Shown in pieces: positions 48,369-58,627 of a stretch of DNA of 64,000 nt; the stretch's first letter is position 1, and the number at the start of each line of letters is the position of its first letter. The translations under genes were made by a program, and so were the position numbers. This DNA is from Patescibacteria group bacterium (GTDB taxonomy: Bacteria > Patescibacteriota > Patescibacteriia > JAHJFT01). The notes beneath the pieces are model-generated. The model ran no database searches. It was not told where the DNA came from and saw nothing but the letters and a program-made list of their open reading frames with translations. The stretch spans positions 167,397 through 231,396 of the forward strand of contig JAQTTB010000001.1 of assembly GCA_028710985.1 (NCBI GenBank), written 5' to 3'.

Positions 48369-48484
48369 CCCGGCAATGACCTACTTTTCCGGACGCTAGG
48401 CGTCCAGTAACATCGGCGCTGGAGGGCTTAACTACCGTGTTCGATATGGGAACGGGTGTGGCCCCTCCGCGAAAATCACCAGGG
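48369..48484 (-). rRNA. rrf: 5S rRNA
   Basis: Minus strand ccctggtgattttcgcggaggggccacacccgttcccatatcgaacacggtagttaagccctccagcgccgatg...aagtaggtcattgccggg. Confidence 0.93.
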
Positions 48485-48580
48485 TTGAGATATGGATTAA
48501 GCATCCATAATTCAACCCAAGCGACTTTATAATTTTTCACGCGGGTATTTAAAGCCGATGATTTTCAATGTGCCGACCCT

Positions 48581-48653
48581 TTCGATATGCCTGTCCGCCG
48601 AAGCGAAGCGTAGGCGGAGGAACGGGTGTGGCCCCTCCGCGAAAATCACCAGG
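48581..48653 (-). pseudogene. 5S rRNA 5' fragment interrupted by a 29-bp palindromic element
   Basis: ttcgatatg[cctgtccgccgaagcgaagcgtaggcgga]ggaacgggtgtggcccctccgcgaaaatcaccagg; flanks identical to the intact 5S. Confidence 0.85.
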
Positions 48654-49011
48654 ATAAATAAGTAAAATAAATTTACTTATCCGCCTGACGACTTTAACAA
48701 TGACGAATAAACTCACTAAAAAGCTTGAATGGTTGTAGAAATTGACCGATTAGTATTCCTCGGCTCAATCCCTTACGGGACTTACACCTGGAACCTATCA
48801 ACCTCCTCATCTCGAAGGAGTCTATAATGAAATCTAATCTTAGGGACAGCTTCGCGCTTATATGCTTTCAGCGCTTATCCAAACCGAACGTAGCTACCCA
48901 GCGATGCCCTTGGTAGGACAGCTGGTACACTAGAGGTTCGTTCACCTCGGTCCTCTCGTACTAGAGGCGAGACCCTTCAAATTTCGACGCCCATGGTGGA
49001 TAGGAGACCGA

Positions 49012-49780
49012 CATTCTGTTACTTTGCCAAACCACATCCGTTTTCAACCGGTGCTCTGTGGTGATTCCGACTTTCGTCGGAACTCTGCATGTCGCCATGC
49101 AGTTCGGACTATATCTTATCCCGATATATTTCGGAATTTCGGCATATAGTCTCTGAGGATTTCAAGGAATCTAATACAATTTTCTTATTAATTTTTCGGT
49201 ATTTACCGGCGCAATTCATACTGTAAGCAAAGCAAATAATTCTTTTAGCGCCATCAATGGTTGAGTGATCTGCATTCTCCATCATATCCACTATGCGCTT
49301 AAAAATTACCATTGCGTCATGTTTCTTTGAAATTAAAGGATACTTCTCGAAAAATGGAATTATCGTCTTTCTTAAGTCATTCCTATTTCTAACCACATAC
49401 ACCAGCGTATCATCTTTTTTATTTCGAGCGTGATTATTTTTGATATAGCCACAACCGAAATAATTTTTAATCGCTTCCAGAGTTTCTTTACGCAAATAAC
49501 TCTGATTTATGTGGAATTCAGGAATGAATTTAAGACCTGTTTTCATTTTTGCGTCTTTATAAATCGCAATATGAAAAGTTCCTTCGCCTTCAACGAAACC
49601 GGTAATATACCATGGATTTAGATTCTTCGATCTTTCCTGCTGATTATCTGCACTCATCACTTTTTTACTTTAATATATATATTATATCAAAGTAGTGTGA
49701 GATTCACAAGCCTCACTCCTTTTTGAGGCTCTCCAGACTTTCCAGCATTTAGCCGAATTTATAGACAGCACGATCTTCAT
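49012..49780 (-). mobile_element. Group I intron in 23S rRNA (after about E. coli U2604)
   Basis: Exons join as GUGAGACAGU|UCGGUC; 5' exon ends in U, intron ends in G; group I-like gctaaatgctggaaa and gactatatgcc...gatatagtcc elements. Confidence 0.88.
49109..49660 (-). CDS. LAGLIDADG homing endonuclease (single motif), intron-encoded
   Basis: WYITGFVEGEGTF, F.INQ, YFGCGYI, IIPFFEKYPL. Confidence 0.93.
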   Translation of the reverse strand: MMSADNQQERSKNLNPWYITGFVEGEGTFHIAIYKDAKMKTGLKFIPEFHINQSYLRKETLEAIKNYFGCGYIKNNHARNKKDDTLVYVVRNRNDLRKTIIPFFEKYPLISKKHDAMVIFKRIVDMMENADHSTIDGAKRIICFAYSMNCAGKYRKINKKIVLDSLKSSETICRNSEIYRDKI

Positions 49781-49824
<44 letters not shown>

Positions 49825-49837
49825 TGGCGAACAGCCA

Positions 49838-49893
<56 letters not shown>

Positions 49894-50002
49894 TCTCCGT
49901 CGTCGATATGGACTCTTGGACGGAATCAGCCTGTTATCCCCGGAGTAGCTTTTATCCGTTGAGCTCCCGCCGTCCTACTTCGAACGGTCGGATCACTAAC
50001 TT

Positions 50003-50034
<32 letters not shown>

Positions 50035-50382
50035 GCAGTAAAGCCGACTTATGCGTTTGCACTTTCAGCCCGATTTCCATCCGGGCCAAGTCGACCTTTG
50101 TAAACGCCTCCGTTACTTTTTAGGAGGCAACCGCCCCAGTTAAACTACCCACCAGTTACTGTCTCCCAAACCGGATTCACGGTTCGAGATTAGAATACAC
50201 ACAACACAAGGGTGGTATCTCACTGTTGTCCCGAAGGACTCCCACCTATTCTGAACATGCGGAGCATGTATCCAATAACAAGTTATAGTAAAGCTTCACG
50301 GGGTCTTTTCGTCCAGCCATGGGTAAATCGCATCTTCACGACTCTTGTAATTTCACCGAGTCCCTCGTTGAGACAGTCCCCC

Positions 50383-50413
<31 letters not shown>

Positions 50414-50415
50414 CG

Positions 50416-50461
<46 letters not shown>

Positions 50462-51267
50462 GCGTTCATCCGCGCTTAAGATCAAGGCTTTTCCCGAAGG
50501 ATAACCTCTCCCCTTAACGTTCGGACACTGGCCAGGCATCAGCCCCTATACATCACCTTACGGTTTAGCAGGGACCTGTGTTTTTGGTAAACAGTCGCTA
50601 GGAATACTTTAGCTGCGCCCCAACACGAGGTTGGGGAGGCTTTATCCCGAAGTTACAGCCGCTTATTTGCAGAGTTCCTAAACGAGGGTTCTCTCGTACG
50701 CCTTGGCACACTTATGCCCACCCACCTGTGTCGGTTTACAGTACGGATACCTAAAAGTTTAATGCTAGAGGCTTTTCTTGGCTCCACGTCTTCTCATATT
50801 GGCCGGTATTACCAGCCTTTAGATCGCCTGCGGCCTGATGGCCCGCGGATTTACCTGCGGACCGGCGCGCAAACGCCCTACGCATATAACCAAAATACGC
50901 TAGAGATTTCGGGAAGCGTCCCCCCATCGCGCTCTTAGGTAGTGCAGGAATATTAACCTGCTCATCCATCGGTTACGCCTTTCGGCCTCACCTTAGGACC
51001 GACTAACCCTGGGACGAAGGTCGTTGCCCAGGAAACCTTGGGTTTACGGCGGAGAGGATTCTCACCTCTCTTTTTGTTACTAATGCCAACATTCTCTCTT
51101 CTCATCGCTCCACCGAACCTCACAGTTCGACTTCAACGCAATGAGAACGCTCCTCTACCACTCGCTCCGATAAATCGGAACGAATTCTCGTCTTCGGTAC
51201 TAAGTTTTAGCCCCGAAATATTTTCGGCGCAAAGCAACTTGACCAGTGAGCTGTTACGCTATCTTTA

Positions 51268-51305
<38 letters not shown>

Positions 51306-52813
51306 AGTCGCTCCACAGCCTTTCACACTTAACCTAGATTTTGGGACCTTAGACGGAGATCTGGGCTTTTTCCCTTTCGACTAATGGAGCTTAGCCCCCA
51401 CAGTCTGACTGCCAGGAACACTTTACGGTATTCGGAGTTTGGTTAGGAGGAGTAGATTTCTCCCTCCGTCCCATTCAGTGCTCTACCCCCGTAAAGCTAT
51501 TAACTGACGCTAGCCCTAAAGCTATCTCGAGGAGAACCAGCTATTACCGAGTTCGATTGGAATTTCTCCGCTATCCACAACTCATCCCCGCGTGTTGCAC
51601 GGCGCGTGAGTTCGGGCCTCCATTCCGCCTTCGCGGAACTTCACCCTGGTCATGGATAGGTCACCCGGTTTCGGGTCTTGCATGCGCTACCATAGACGCC
51701 CGTTAAGGCTCGCTTTCACTATGGCTCCGCCCCCGCAGGGGCTTAACCGGCAACGCATGACAAACTCGTTGGCTCATTCTTCAATAGGAATGCCGTCACC
51801 CCGACTTGCGTCGGGGCTCCGACTTTTTGTAAGCACACGGTTTCAGATACTGTTTCATCTCCCTTCCGGGATGCTTTTCAACTTTCCCTCGCGGTACTTG
51901 TTCACTATCGATCACAAGAAGTATTTAGTCTTGCCACATAGTCGTGGCTGATTCCCACAGGATTTCACGAGTCCCGTGGTACTCTAGGTTGAATGCTATA
52001 AATAGAGATCCCCTTTCGCGTACAGGGCTATCACCTTCTTTGGCTCCGCTTTCCAGCGGATTCTACTAGGGAAGATCGCTTTATTTACCAAGGCTTGCAA
52101 GCGCCTTGAACGCAAACACCCGCAACCCCCCGCAGACATATGGTCTTGCAACCTTAGGCGCAAACTCTATTTCACCCGAAGGTGTCACTTTGTTCACGCT
52201 TGGTCTGCGAGGTTTGGACTGATCCCTTTTCGCTCGCCACTACTCAGGGAATGGGCTGACCGATAAGTATCCGGCTCGCAAGATACGAGCCAAATACTTA
52301 AGGCCAGCATTGTTTTCTGTTCCTCTGGCTACTGAGATGTTTCACTTCGCCAGGTTGCCTTCTTGCACCTATGTATTCAGTGCAAAATATCCCATTCTTC
52401 CAATGGGATGGGTTTCCCCATTCGGATATCCCCGGGTCAAAGGTTGCTTGCCACCTAACCGAGGCTTTTCGCAGGCTGCTACGTCCTTCATCGTCTTCTT
52501 ATGTCGAGTCATCCTCCGTGCGCTCTTCGTGCTTCTACAACCATTTAAACTTTTTAGTTCAAATGGCACGTACAAGATTTTAATGATGCTATTTACTCGT
52601 CATTATTAAATTGTCAATGTTCACTTGGCCTTGTGGCCAAACCCTGTTCGTCTGGTCGCAAGTGAGTCAAAAAACCGCCCGGTCGTGTCCAAGCGGTGCG
52701 AAAACAAGCATTAAAACTGCGTCAACTGATTGGACACGTATTTGATTGGCTTGAAACTCTCATATTTTAGCGAAAAAATGCTCTTTTTATGATAATTATT
52801 TTAAACTGCCCAT

Positions 52814-52842
52814 ATTATACATATATGTATAATGCCTGTCAA
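52814..52842 (-). promoter_or_regulatory. Consensus sigma70 promoter for the 23S-5S unit
   Basis: TTGACA-17-TATAAT; overlapped by the 20-bp perfect palindrome attatacatatatgtataat. Confidence 0.8.
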
Positions 52843-52875
52843 GGCGGGGTTTTGTGGATAGCGCGGGGATAAAAT

Positions 52876-53499
52876 TTAATTAGATTTTTGAAAAATTACC
52901 TCAAATGAATCAATCAATTTCTTTCTTATCCGATTAACATCCAACGGCATTTGATTCACGCTTTTTTTTGTAATAACGCCAAAACCGACTTTTTCAGCTG
53001 TTTCAATTACTTTTTCCGGATCATGATAATAATATGGAACATCATACCCCTTTACGCCTTGAACCGAACTATTGTTCACGACAAAACTCAATGCAACGTA
53101 GCCCTTCGGACGCAGGGCCATATACCAATTTTCAAGTAGTATTTTCGCAATGTCGGAACTAATATATTGCAAAAAACGAGTTGCCACAACGGCCAAATAT
53201 TTTTCCTTTTCAAAAACAAATTTCTCAGCCTCTGCTTCGGTAAATGTAATCAAACCATGCTCTTTGTATTCCGATGGAAAAATATCAACAACATCAACGG
53301 CATCTACTCCATAGCCCATGCGAGCAAAAAAAACTGAATTCCGGCCATTGCCCGCACCAACATCCAGAACATGTCCGGGCAATTCCATATAATACGAAAG
53401 GTCTTGGCAAATCAAACTTGGCGTAGTTCTGGCAACGTAAAAACCATTATTATACGCCGTTCGCCAGCGTTGTTTAAAATCCTCGTTTACTGAAGGCAT
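52876..53499 (-). CDS. Class I SAM-dependent methyltransferase (TehB-like)
   Basis: VLDVGAGNGRNS.FFA..GY.VDAVD. Confidence 0.85.
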   Translation of the reverse strand: MPSVNEDFKQRWRTAYNNGFYVARTTPSLICQDLSYYMELPGHVLDVGAGNGRNSVFFARMGYGVDAVDVVDIFPSEYKEHGLITFTEAEAEKFVFEKEKYLAVVATRFLQYISSDIAKILLENWYMALRPKGYVALSFVVNNSSVQGVKGYDVPYYYHDPEKVIETAEKVGFGVITKKSVNQMPLDVNRIRKKLIDSFEVIFQKSN

Positions 53500-53516
53500 A
53501 TTTATCAAAAAATCCT

Positions 53517-53590
53517 TGGTGGACTTAAGCAGAATCGAACTGCTGTCTCCGCAATGCGAATGCGGCGTATTACCACTATACTATAAGCCC
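53517..53590 (-). tRNA. tRNA-Ala(CGC)
   Basis: gggcttatagtatagtggtaatacg-ccgca-ttCGCat-tgcgg-agacagcagttcgattctgcttaagtccACCA; G3:U70. Confidence 0.93.
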
Positions 53591-53599
53591 ATGATGATG

Positions 53600-53630
53600 G
53601 CCTGCCAGCCGAAGCCTTGGCGAAGGCTGG
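53600..53630. repeat. Palindromic element overlapping the tRNA-Leu CCA end
   Basis: gcctgccagccgaagccttggcgaaggctgg; same family as 48589-48618 and 44963-45003. Confidence 0.7.
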
Positions 53631-53713
53631 TGCCGAGGGAGGGACTCGAACCCTCACACCCTTGCGGGCACAAGGTCCTAAGCCTTGCGTGTATACCATT
53701 TCACCACCTCGGC
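53628..53713 (-). tRNA. tRNA-Leu(TAG)
   Basis: gccgaggtggtgaaatggtatacacg-caagg-ctTAGga-ccttg, long variable arm, ...ctcggcACCA. Confidence 0.95.
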
Positions 53714-54000
53714 GCACCCTCTTCGGCTACTGCAATTTTAACTAATTATTGCCGATTTTCGCAAAAAAGTCAAGAGTCCCAATCCTGTCAAGGGTCGGAT
53801 ATCCACAAAAAAAGTCAGAAGTCTCTGACATGTCGGATATATTTTACAGAGCCGCGAATTTTAATCAGTAAATTTGTCGGCCGTCAGTTACACCGACTTC
53901 TTAATGCCAAAGACTTCTGACAGAACTTGACAAAATCGCGAACGCGATTTTTTTATACCTCGTGCTATGATTGAATCAGAAGAAAAAAGTAGGAGGAAAT

Positions 54001-56424
54001 ATGAGAACCATCACAATCGCGCTAATCATCGTTATCACACTGCCGACATTTTTATTTATTCAAAATATTCCCGCGCGCGCCGAGGAAGCGCCGCGCGTGA
54101 TAATTAATGAGATTTTCTGGAGCGGCTCATCGCTTTCTATTGCCGATGAGTTCATCGAGCTCTACAATACCACGAATGAACCGATTGATATAAGCGGCTG
54201 GGAAATTGCCGGCGCGGCCACAAATAAAAATTCGTTAATTCTTCCAGTGAATTCCACCATTTCGGCGCTGGGATTTTTTGTTGTCGCCAATTATTCACCG
54301 GCCAACGAAAAATCAATTTTAAATATTGAGGCGGATTATCTTTCCGCTTCGATATCGCTCGCCAACTCGGACGCGTATTATGCCCTTCGCGGCCCCGATG
54401 GCGCAACCGTTGACGCGGCGGATGACGGCATGGGAGCGCCGTTCTCTGGCGACAATGAAAACAAGGCCTCAATGGCCCGTCGTCCCGGTTGCTGGAATGG
54501 TGGCGCTGGGGAATGTTGGTTTACAGCCACTTCCTCAGCGAATATCAAGCCCGAAAACACCGATCTCGCGACTCCGGGCGCTGACAATGCTTACGTTGAA
54601 CCGCCCATCGAGCCACCCGCCGATCCTCCGGCCGATCCGCCATCCGTCGACCCGGTCGATCCGGCAAATCCAGTTGATACACCCGCCACGACGCCTCTTG
54701 TCCTACCGCCAAAAATTTTAATCAATGAAATTTTACCCAATCCAGCCGAAGGTAGTGAATGGATTGAACTTTTTAATCCCACAACTTCAACCGCCGATCT
54801 CGCCGGCTGGTCACTCGAGGACGGCGCCGGACGAATCGCAAGTCTCTCCGGCGAGATTGAACCCGGCTACTGGCTATACGTCCTGAATTCAGCAAAACTA
54901 AATAACGGCGGCGATAAAATATATATCGAATATAATGAACAAATCATTGATCGGGTCGCTTACGGAAATTGGCAAGACGAGGATGTAGGCGACAATGCTC
55001 CATGCCCGGGCCGGGGCCAGTCCCTGGCCCGGTCTCCCGCGGCCGCGGACACGGATAATGACTTTCAGGATTTTAAAATCACCACCGCGCCCACGCCCGG
55101 GAGAGAAAACCAAATCAGCGCGCCCGAACCAGAATCCGAGCCCGAACCTCAGCCGACTACAACAACGATTGTTACTCCCGAAACGCCAATCATCACTCCG
55201 GAAACCTCAACCGCAACAATCGAAGTGCCCATATCTCAACCATTGAATTTCGCTTCCGGCACCATGATCATCACCGAATTCATGAGCAATCCCCCTTCCG
55301 GCGGCGTGGAATGGATTGAAATCTATAATCCTAGCACGCAAAAAATTATTTTGGATAGCTGGCACATCACTGACGAACGCGGCACTCCCACAAATCTTAG
55401 CGGTGAAATAAATTCGTTCGAATATTTGCCAATCTTTGCGCCGCGCGGCCGGCTGAATAATGACGGCGACATTATTTCCATATTTGATCCGTCCGGCGGT
55501 TTGATTGACCGCGTTGATTATCTTACCGATCTCTCTTCTCCGCCCAAGGGCGCAAGCCTGGCCCGGATGGATCCGGGCGTCTGGCAGGTGAGCGAAGCGC
55601 CGACTCCAGGCGGTGAGAACATCTCCGCCCCGCTGGCCGAAGAATCCGCCGAATCGGAAAAAAAGGCCGAGCCTGGCAAATCCAAACTCAATGCGACAGT
55701 CCAGCCGCAAGAATCCGGATTTGACGAAGCCTACGAATGGCAAGTCGGGGACAAAATAATCCTTAAAGCATTCGTTGCGACCGCGCCCGGGCATTTCTCG
55801 GGACAATATTTTTTTGCCGGCGACGAAGAAGGCCACGGCGTTCAGATATATTCATACCGCAAAGATTTTCCCGAACTCAAAGTCGGCGATTATATTGAGA
55901 TTAACGGCGAACTATCGCAATTTAAGAATATTTGGCGCATCAAAATAAAAACAAAAGACGATATTGCGATAATCGATTCCGGTCAAATCAAAGCAATTGA
56001 ACTCAGCATTTCGGAAATCGGCTCGGAGAACATCGGCGGCCTAGTAAAAATTAGCGGCGAAATTACCGAAGCCAAAAAATCATACTTTTATCTCGATGAC
56101 GGCGCCGAAATAAAAGTTGGCCTGGCAAAAAATAGAACAAAGAACTCATCCACTCTTGAAATTGGCGCGCGCGCTTCAGCGACCGGAATTCTGCTTGCAA
56201 CCGAAGACGGATTTTTCTTAGAAACACGCGAATTAAATGATATTCTGGTTTTCAATGAAGATAAGCCGGCGCCGGCGGCGACTGAGAATAGTCCGGCCGC
56301 AACATCCGAGCGCAAACGCTCAAATTACGCCGGCCTTATCCCCCTCGGCATCCTGGTCGCCGCCGGCGCCGCAAACATCAAAAAATTAAAAAAATTAATA
56401 AAAAATAAAAAGGAGGGAATATGA
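54001..56424 (+). CDS. Surface protein with three lamin-tail domains, OB-fold-like domains and a C-terminal anchor
   Basis: Signal peptide; 3x I(N/T)E...E(F/W)IE(L/I)(Y/F)N...(S/A)xW...LNN.GD...TPG..N; Pro/Thr linkers; C-terminal TM plus Lys tail. Confidence 0.8.
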   Translation: MRTITIALIIVITLPTFLFIQNIPARAEEAPRVIINEIFWSGSSLSIADEFIELYNTTNEPIDISGWEIAGAATNKNSLILPVNSTISALGFFVVANYSPANEKSILNIEADYLSASISLANSDAYYALRGPDGATVDAADDGMGAPFSGDNENKASMARRPGCWNGGAGECWFTATSSANIKPENTDLATPGADNAYVEPPIEPPADPPADPPSVDPVDPANPVDTPATTPLVLPPKILINEILPNPAEGSEWIELFNPTTSTADLAGWSLEDGAGRIASLSGEIEPGYWLYVLNSAKLNNGGDKIYIEYNEQIIDRVAYGNWQDEDVGDNAPCPGRGQSLARSPAAADTDNDFQDFKITTAPTPGRENQISAPEPESEPEPQPTTTTIVTPETPIITPETSTATIEVPISQPLNFASGTMIITEFMSNPPSGGVEWIEIYNPSTQKIILDSWHITDERGTPTNLSGEINSFEYLPIFAPRGRLNNDGDIISIFDPSGGLIDRVDYLTDLSSPPKGASLARMDPGVWQVSEAPTPGGENISAPLAEESAESEKKAEPGKSKLNATVQPQESGFDEAYEWQVGDKIILKAFVATAPGHFSGQYFFAGDEEGHGVQIYSYRKDFPELKVGDYIEINGELSQFKNIWRIKIKTKDDIAIIDSGQIKAIELSISEIGSENIGGLVKISGEITEAKKSYFYLDDGAEIKVGLAKNRTKNSSTLEIGARASATGILLATEDGFFLETRELNDILVFNEDKPAPAATENSPAATSERKRSNYAGLIPLGILVAAGAANIKKLKKLIKNKKEGI

Positions 56425-56909
56425 AAAAATTTAAACGCCAATCGCTTCCTGGTGACACCTGCTTTGTTACTGCCGTAACCAAGGGCCGCGAACCACTTCT
56501 TGCTGAACGAAAAAATATTATTCTTTTTCAACAAACCATGAAAGAAGTTCAGGCCATAAAAAATGTAAAAATTATCTCTTACGTTATTTTGCCGGATCAT
56601 ATTCACTTGATACTCTCTTGCGAATTTTACTCGGTCCCGGAAATTCTTCACTCTCTGGAATGGGGTTTCTCTAACAATTGGCGCCTTTTGCATCCCGCCG
56701 CCGAACTGCCGAATGCCAATCCCTGGCAATCGCGCGTCTGGGAGCACGTCATCCAAAGCGACGCTGAGCTGCAGTATCATATTAATTACATTATTAATAA
56801 TCCGGTGAAGCACGGCTTTGTCGACGATCCCGAAGACTGGCCATATTCTTCGTTCGCTCAGAATGTCTGCGATTATGATGCCTGGCAAGAGATGGAGCCG
56901 ATTGCCTAA
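56421..56909 (+). mobile_element. REP-associated tyrosine transposase (RayT-like)
   Basis: FVTAVT, YVILPDHIHLI (HUH), WQSRVWEHVI...YIINNPVKHG...WPYSSF. Confidence 0.88.
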
Positions 56910-56970
56910 AATACCTACCAAATTTTGAATTACAAATTTCGAATTTTGATTCAATTTTGAATAATAAATT

Positions 56971-57360
56971 ATGATTAATAAAAATAAAATATATAATTTG
57001 GAAGAAAGAACGGCGGTTATGGGTATTGACACAATCAAAATGTGTAAAAATATTAAACACGATATAATAATAAATCCTCTAATATCACAGCTCATACGTT
57101 CAGCTACCAGCGTTGGTGCGAATTATATGGAAGCAAATTCCGCATCTTCTAAGCGTGATTTTGTAAATAAAATCTTCATTTGCAAAAAAGAATCGCAAGA
57201 AACTATGCATTGGCTCCGCATGATCAGCGAATGTTGTCCAGAAAAAAGCAAAGAAATCTCACAATTGCGTCAAGAGATGCATGAATTAATATTAATATTT
57301 GGGAGAATAATTGCAACTATAAAAAATAGGGTAAATTCGAAACTCCAAAATCAAAATTAA
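56971..57360 (+). CDS. Four-helix-bundle protein (23S rRNA IVP/S23 family) flanked by AT-rich short repeats
   Basis: YNLEERT, QLIRSATSVGANYMEAN...SKRDF..KI.ICKKE..ET.HWL. Confidence 0.9.
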   Translation: MINKNKIYNLEERTAVMGIDTIKMCKNIKHDIIINPLISQLIRSATSVGANYMEANSASSKRDFVNKIFICKKESQETMHWLRMISECCPEKSKEISQLRQEMHELILIFGRIIATIKNRVNSKLQNQN

Positions 57361-57469
57361 TTAAAAATTCAAAAATAAAAAATCAAAAATTCGCCGCCCT
57401 GGGCGGCGTCACCCCCCTCTTGCCAACAAAAGAGTCTTGATATATAATTTCCATACAATAATCTTGCGG

Positions 57470-57545
57470 GCGGGTGTAGTTCAGTTGGTAGAACGTTTCC
57501 TTGCCAAGGAAAAGGTCGCCGGTTCGAATCCGGTCGCCCGCTCCA
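57470..57545 (+). tRNA. tRNA-Gly(GCC)
   Basis: gcgggtgtagttcagttggtagaacg-tttcc-ttGCCaa-ggaaa-aggtcgccggttcgaatccggtcgcccgctCCA. Confidence 0.95.
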
Positions 57546-57615
57546 AAAATATTCCAAGCGGCCAGAGATGGCCGTTTTTGCTTGTTTACAAGCAACGCAT
57601 TATAATATAAATACT

Positions 57616-58572
57616 ATGTTCTATCCGATAAAACTTTTCTCCGACTGGCTCTCTTTCGCTGTTCTGCGCCTCGCGCCGGAATCTCATGCCGGCCTAGCCG
57701 TAAACTTTTTCGTCTACGATACGATAAAGGTTTTCATCCTGCTTGCAATCATTATATTCGCCGTCTCTGTACTGCGTTCATTTTTCCCCTCGAGAAAAAT
57801 CCGAGATATTTTGTCGCGCCAAAATCAATTTGTCGGTAATATCTTCGCCTCGCTGTTCGGCATCATAACTCCATTCTGTTCCTGCAGCGCCGTACCACTA
57901 TTTTTGGGTTTCATTGAAGCCGGCGTACCGCTCGGAGTAACATTTTCCTTTTTAGTGGCATCACCCATGATTAATGAGGTGGCGCTTATTCTGCTATTCG
58001 GCACCTTCGGCTGGAAAATCGCCGGGCTATATGTCTTAAGCGGCTTACTTATTTCTATTATTTCCGGAATAATAATCGGTAAACTGCCGGTCGAACATTT
58101 GCTGGAAAATATGGCAGTTGAAGAAAAAAATAAAATAAATCCAACGGGGATAGATTGGCGGAAAAGAATTCGGTACGCATGCGGCTATACCCGGAGAATC
58201 ATAAAAAAAATTTGGTTCTATGTTATTATCGGCATTGGGCTGGGCGCCTGGATCCACGGATATGTTCCGACAAATTTTTTAACGCAATACGCTGGTGCCG
58301 ATAAATGGTATGCCGTACCACTCGCAACCCTGATCGGCATCCCCCTATATTCCAATGCGGCCGGAGTGGTCCCAGTCGTTAATGCTCTGGCCGAAAAGGG
58401 AGTTGCGGTTGGTACGACCTTGGCATTCATGATGGCTGTGACCGCATTATCGCTTCCCGAATTCATGATACTGAAGCGCATCATGAAAACAAAACTAATT
58501 TTCATTTACGCTTCAATTGTCGGGCTAGGAATTATCTTTACCGGATATTTGTTTAATCTTATACTAAAATAG
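57616..58572 (+). CDS. ArsP/DUF318-family permease
   Basis: TPFCSCSAVPLF, SFLVASPMINE, GIPLYSNAAG, ALSLPE. Confidence 0.9.
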   Translation: MFYPIKLFSDWLSFAVLRLAPESHAGLAVNFFVYDTIKVFILLAIIIFAVSVLRSFFPSRKIRDILSRQNQFVGNIFASLFGIITPFCSCSAVPLFLGFIEAGVPLGVTFSFLVASPMINEVALILLFGTFGWKIAGLYVLSGLLISIISGIIIGKLPVEHLLENMAVEEKNKINPTGIDWRKRIRYACGYTRRIIKKIWFYVIIGIGLGAWIHGYVPTNFLTQYAGADKWYAVPLATLIGIPLYSNAAGVVPVVNALAEKGVAVGTTLAFMMAVTALSLPEFMILKRIMKTKLIFIYASIVGLGIIFTGYLFNLILK

Positions 58573-58627
58573 ATTGCCCATCCAAACGGCCATATAAAAA
58601 AGGCTGTTTTTTTGATACAATATAGCC

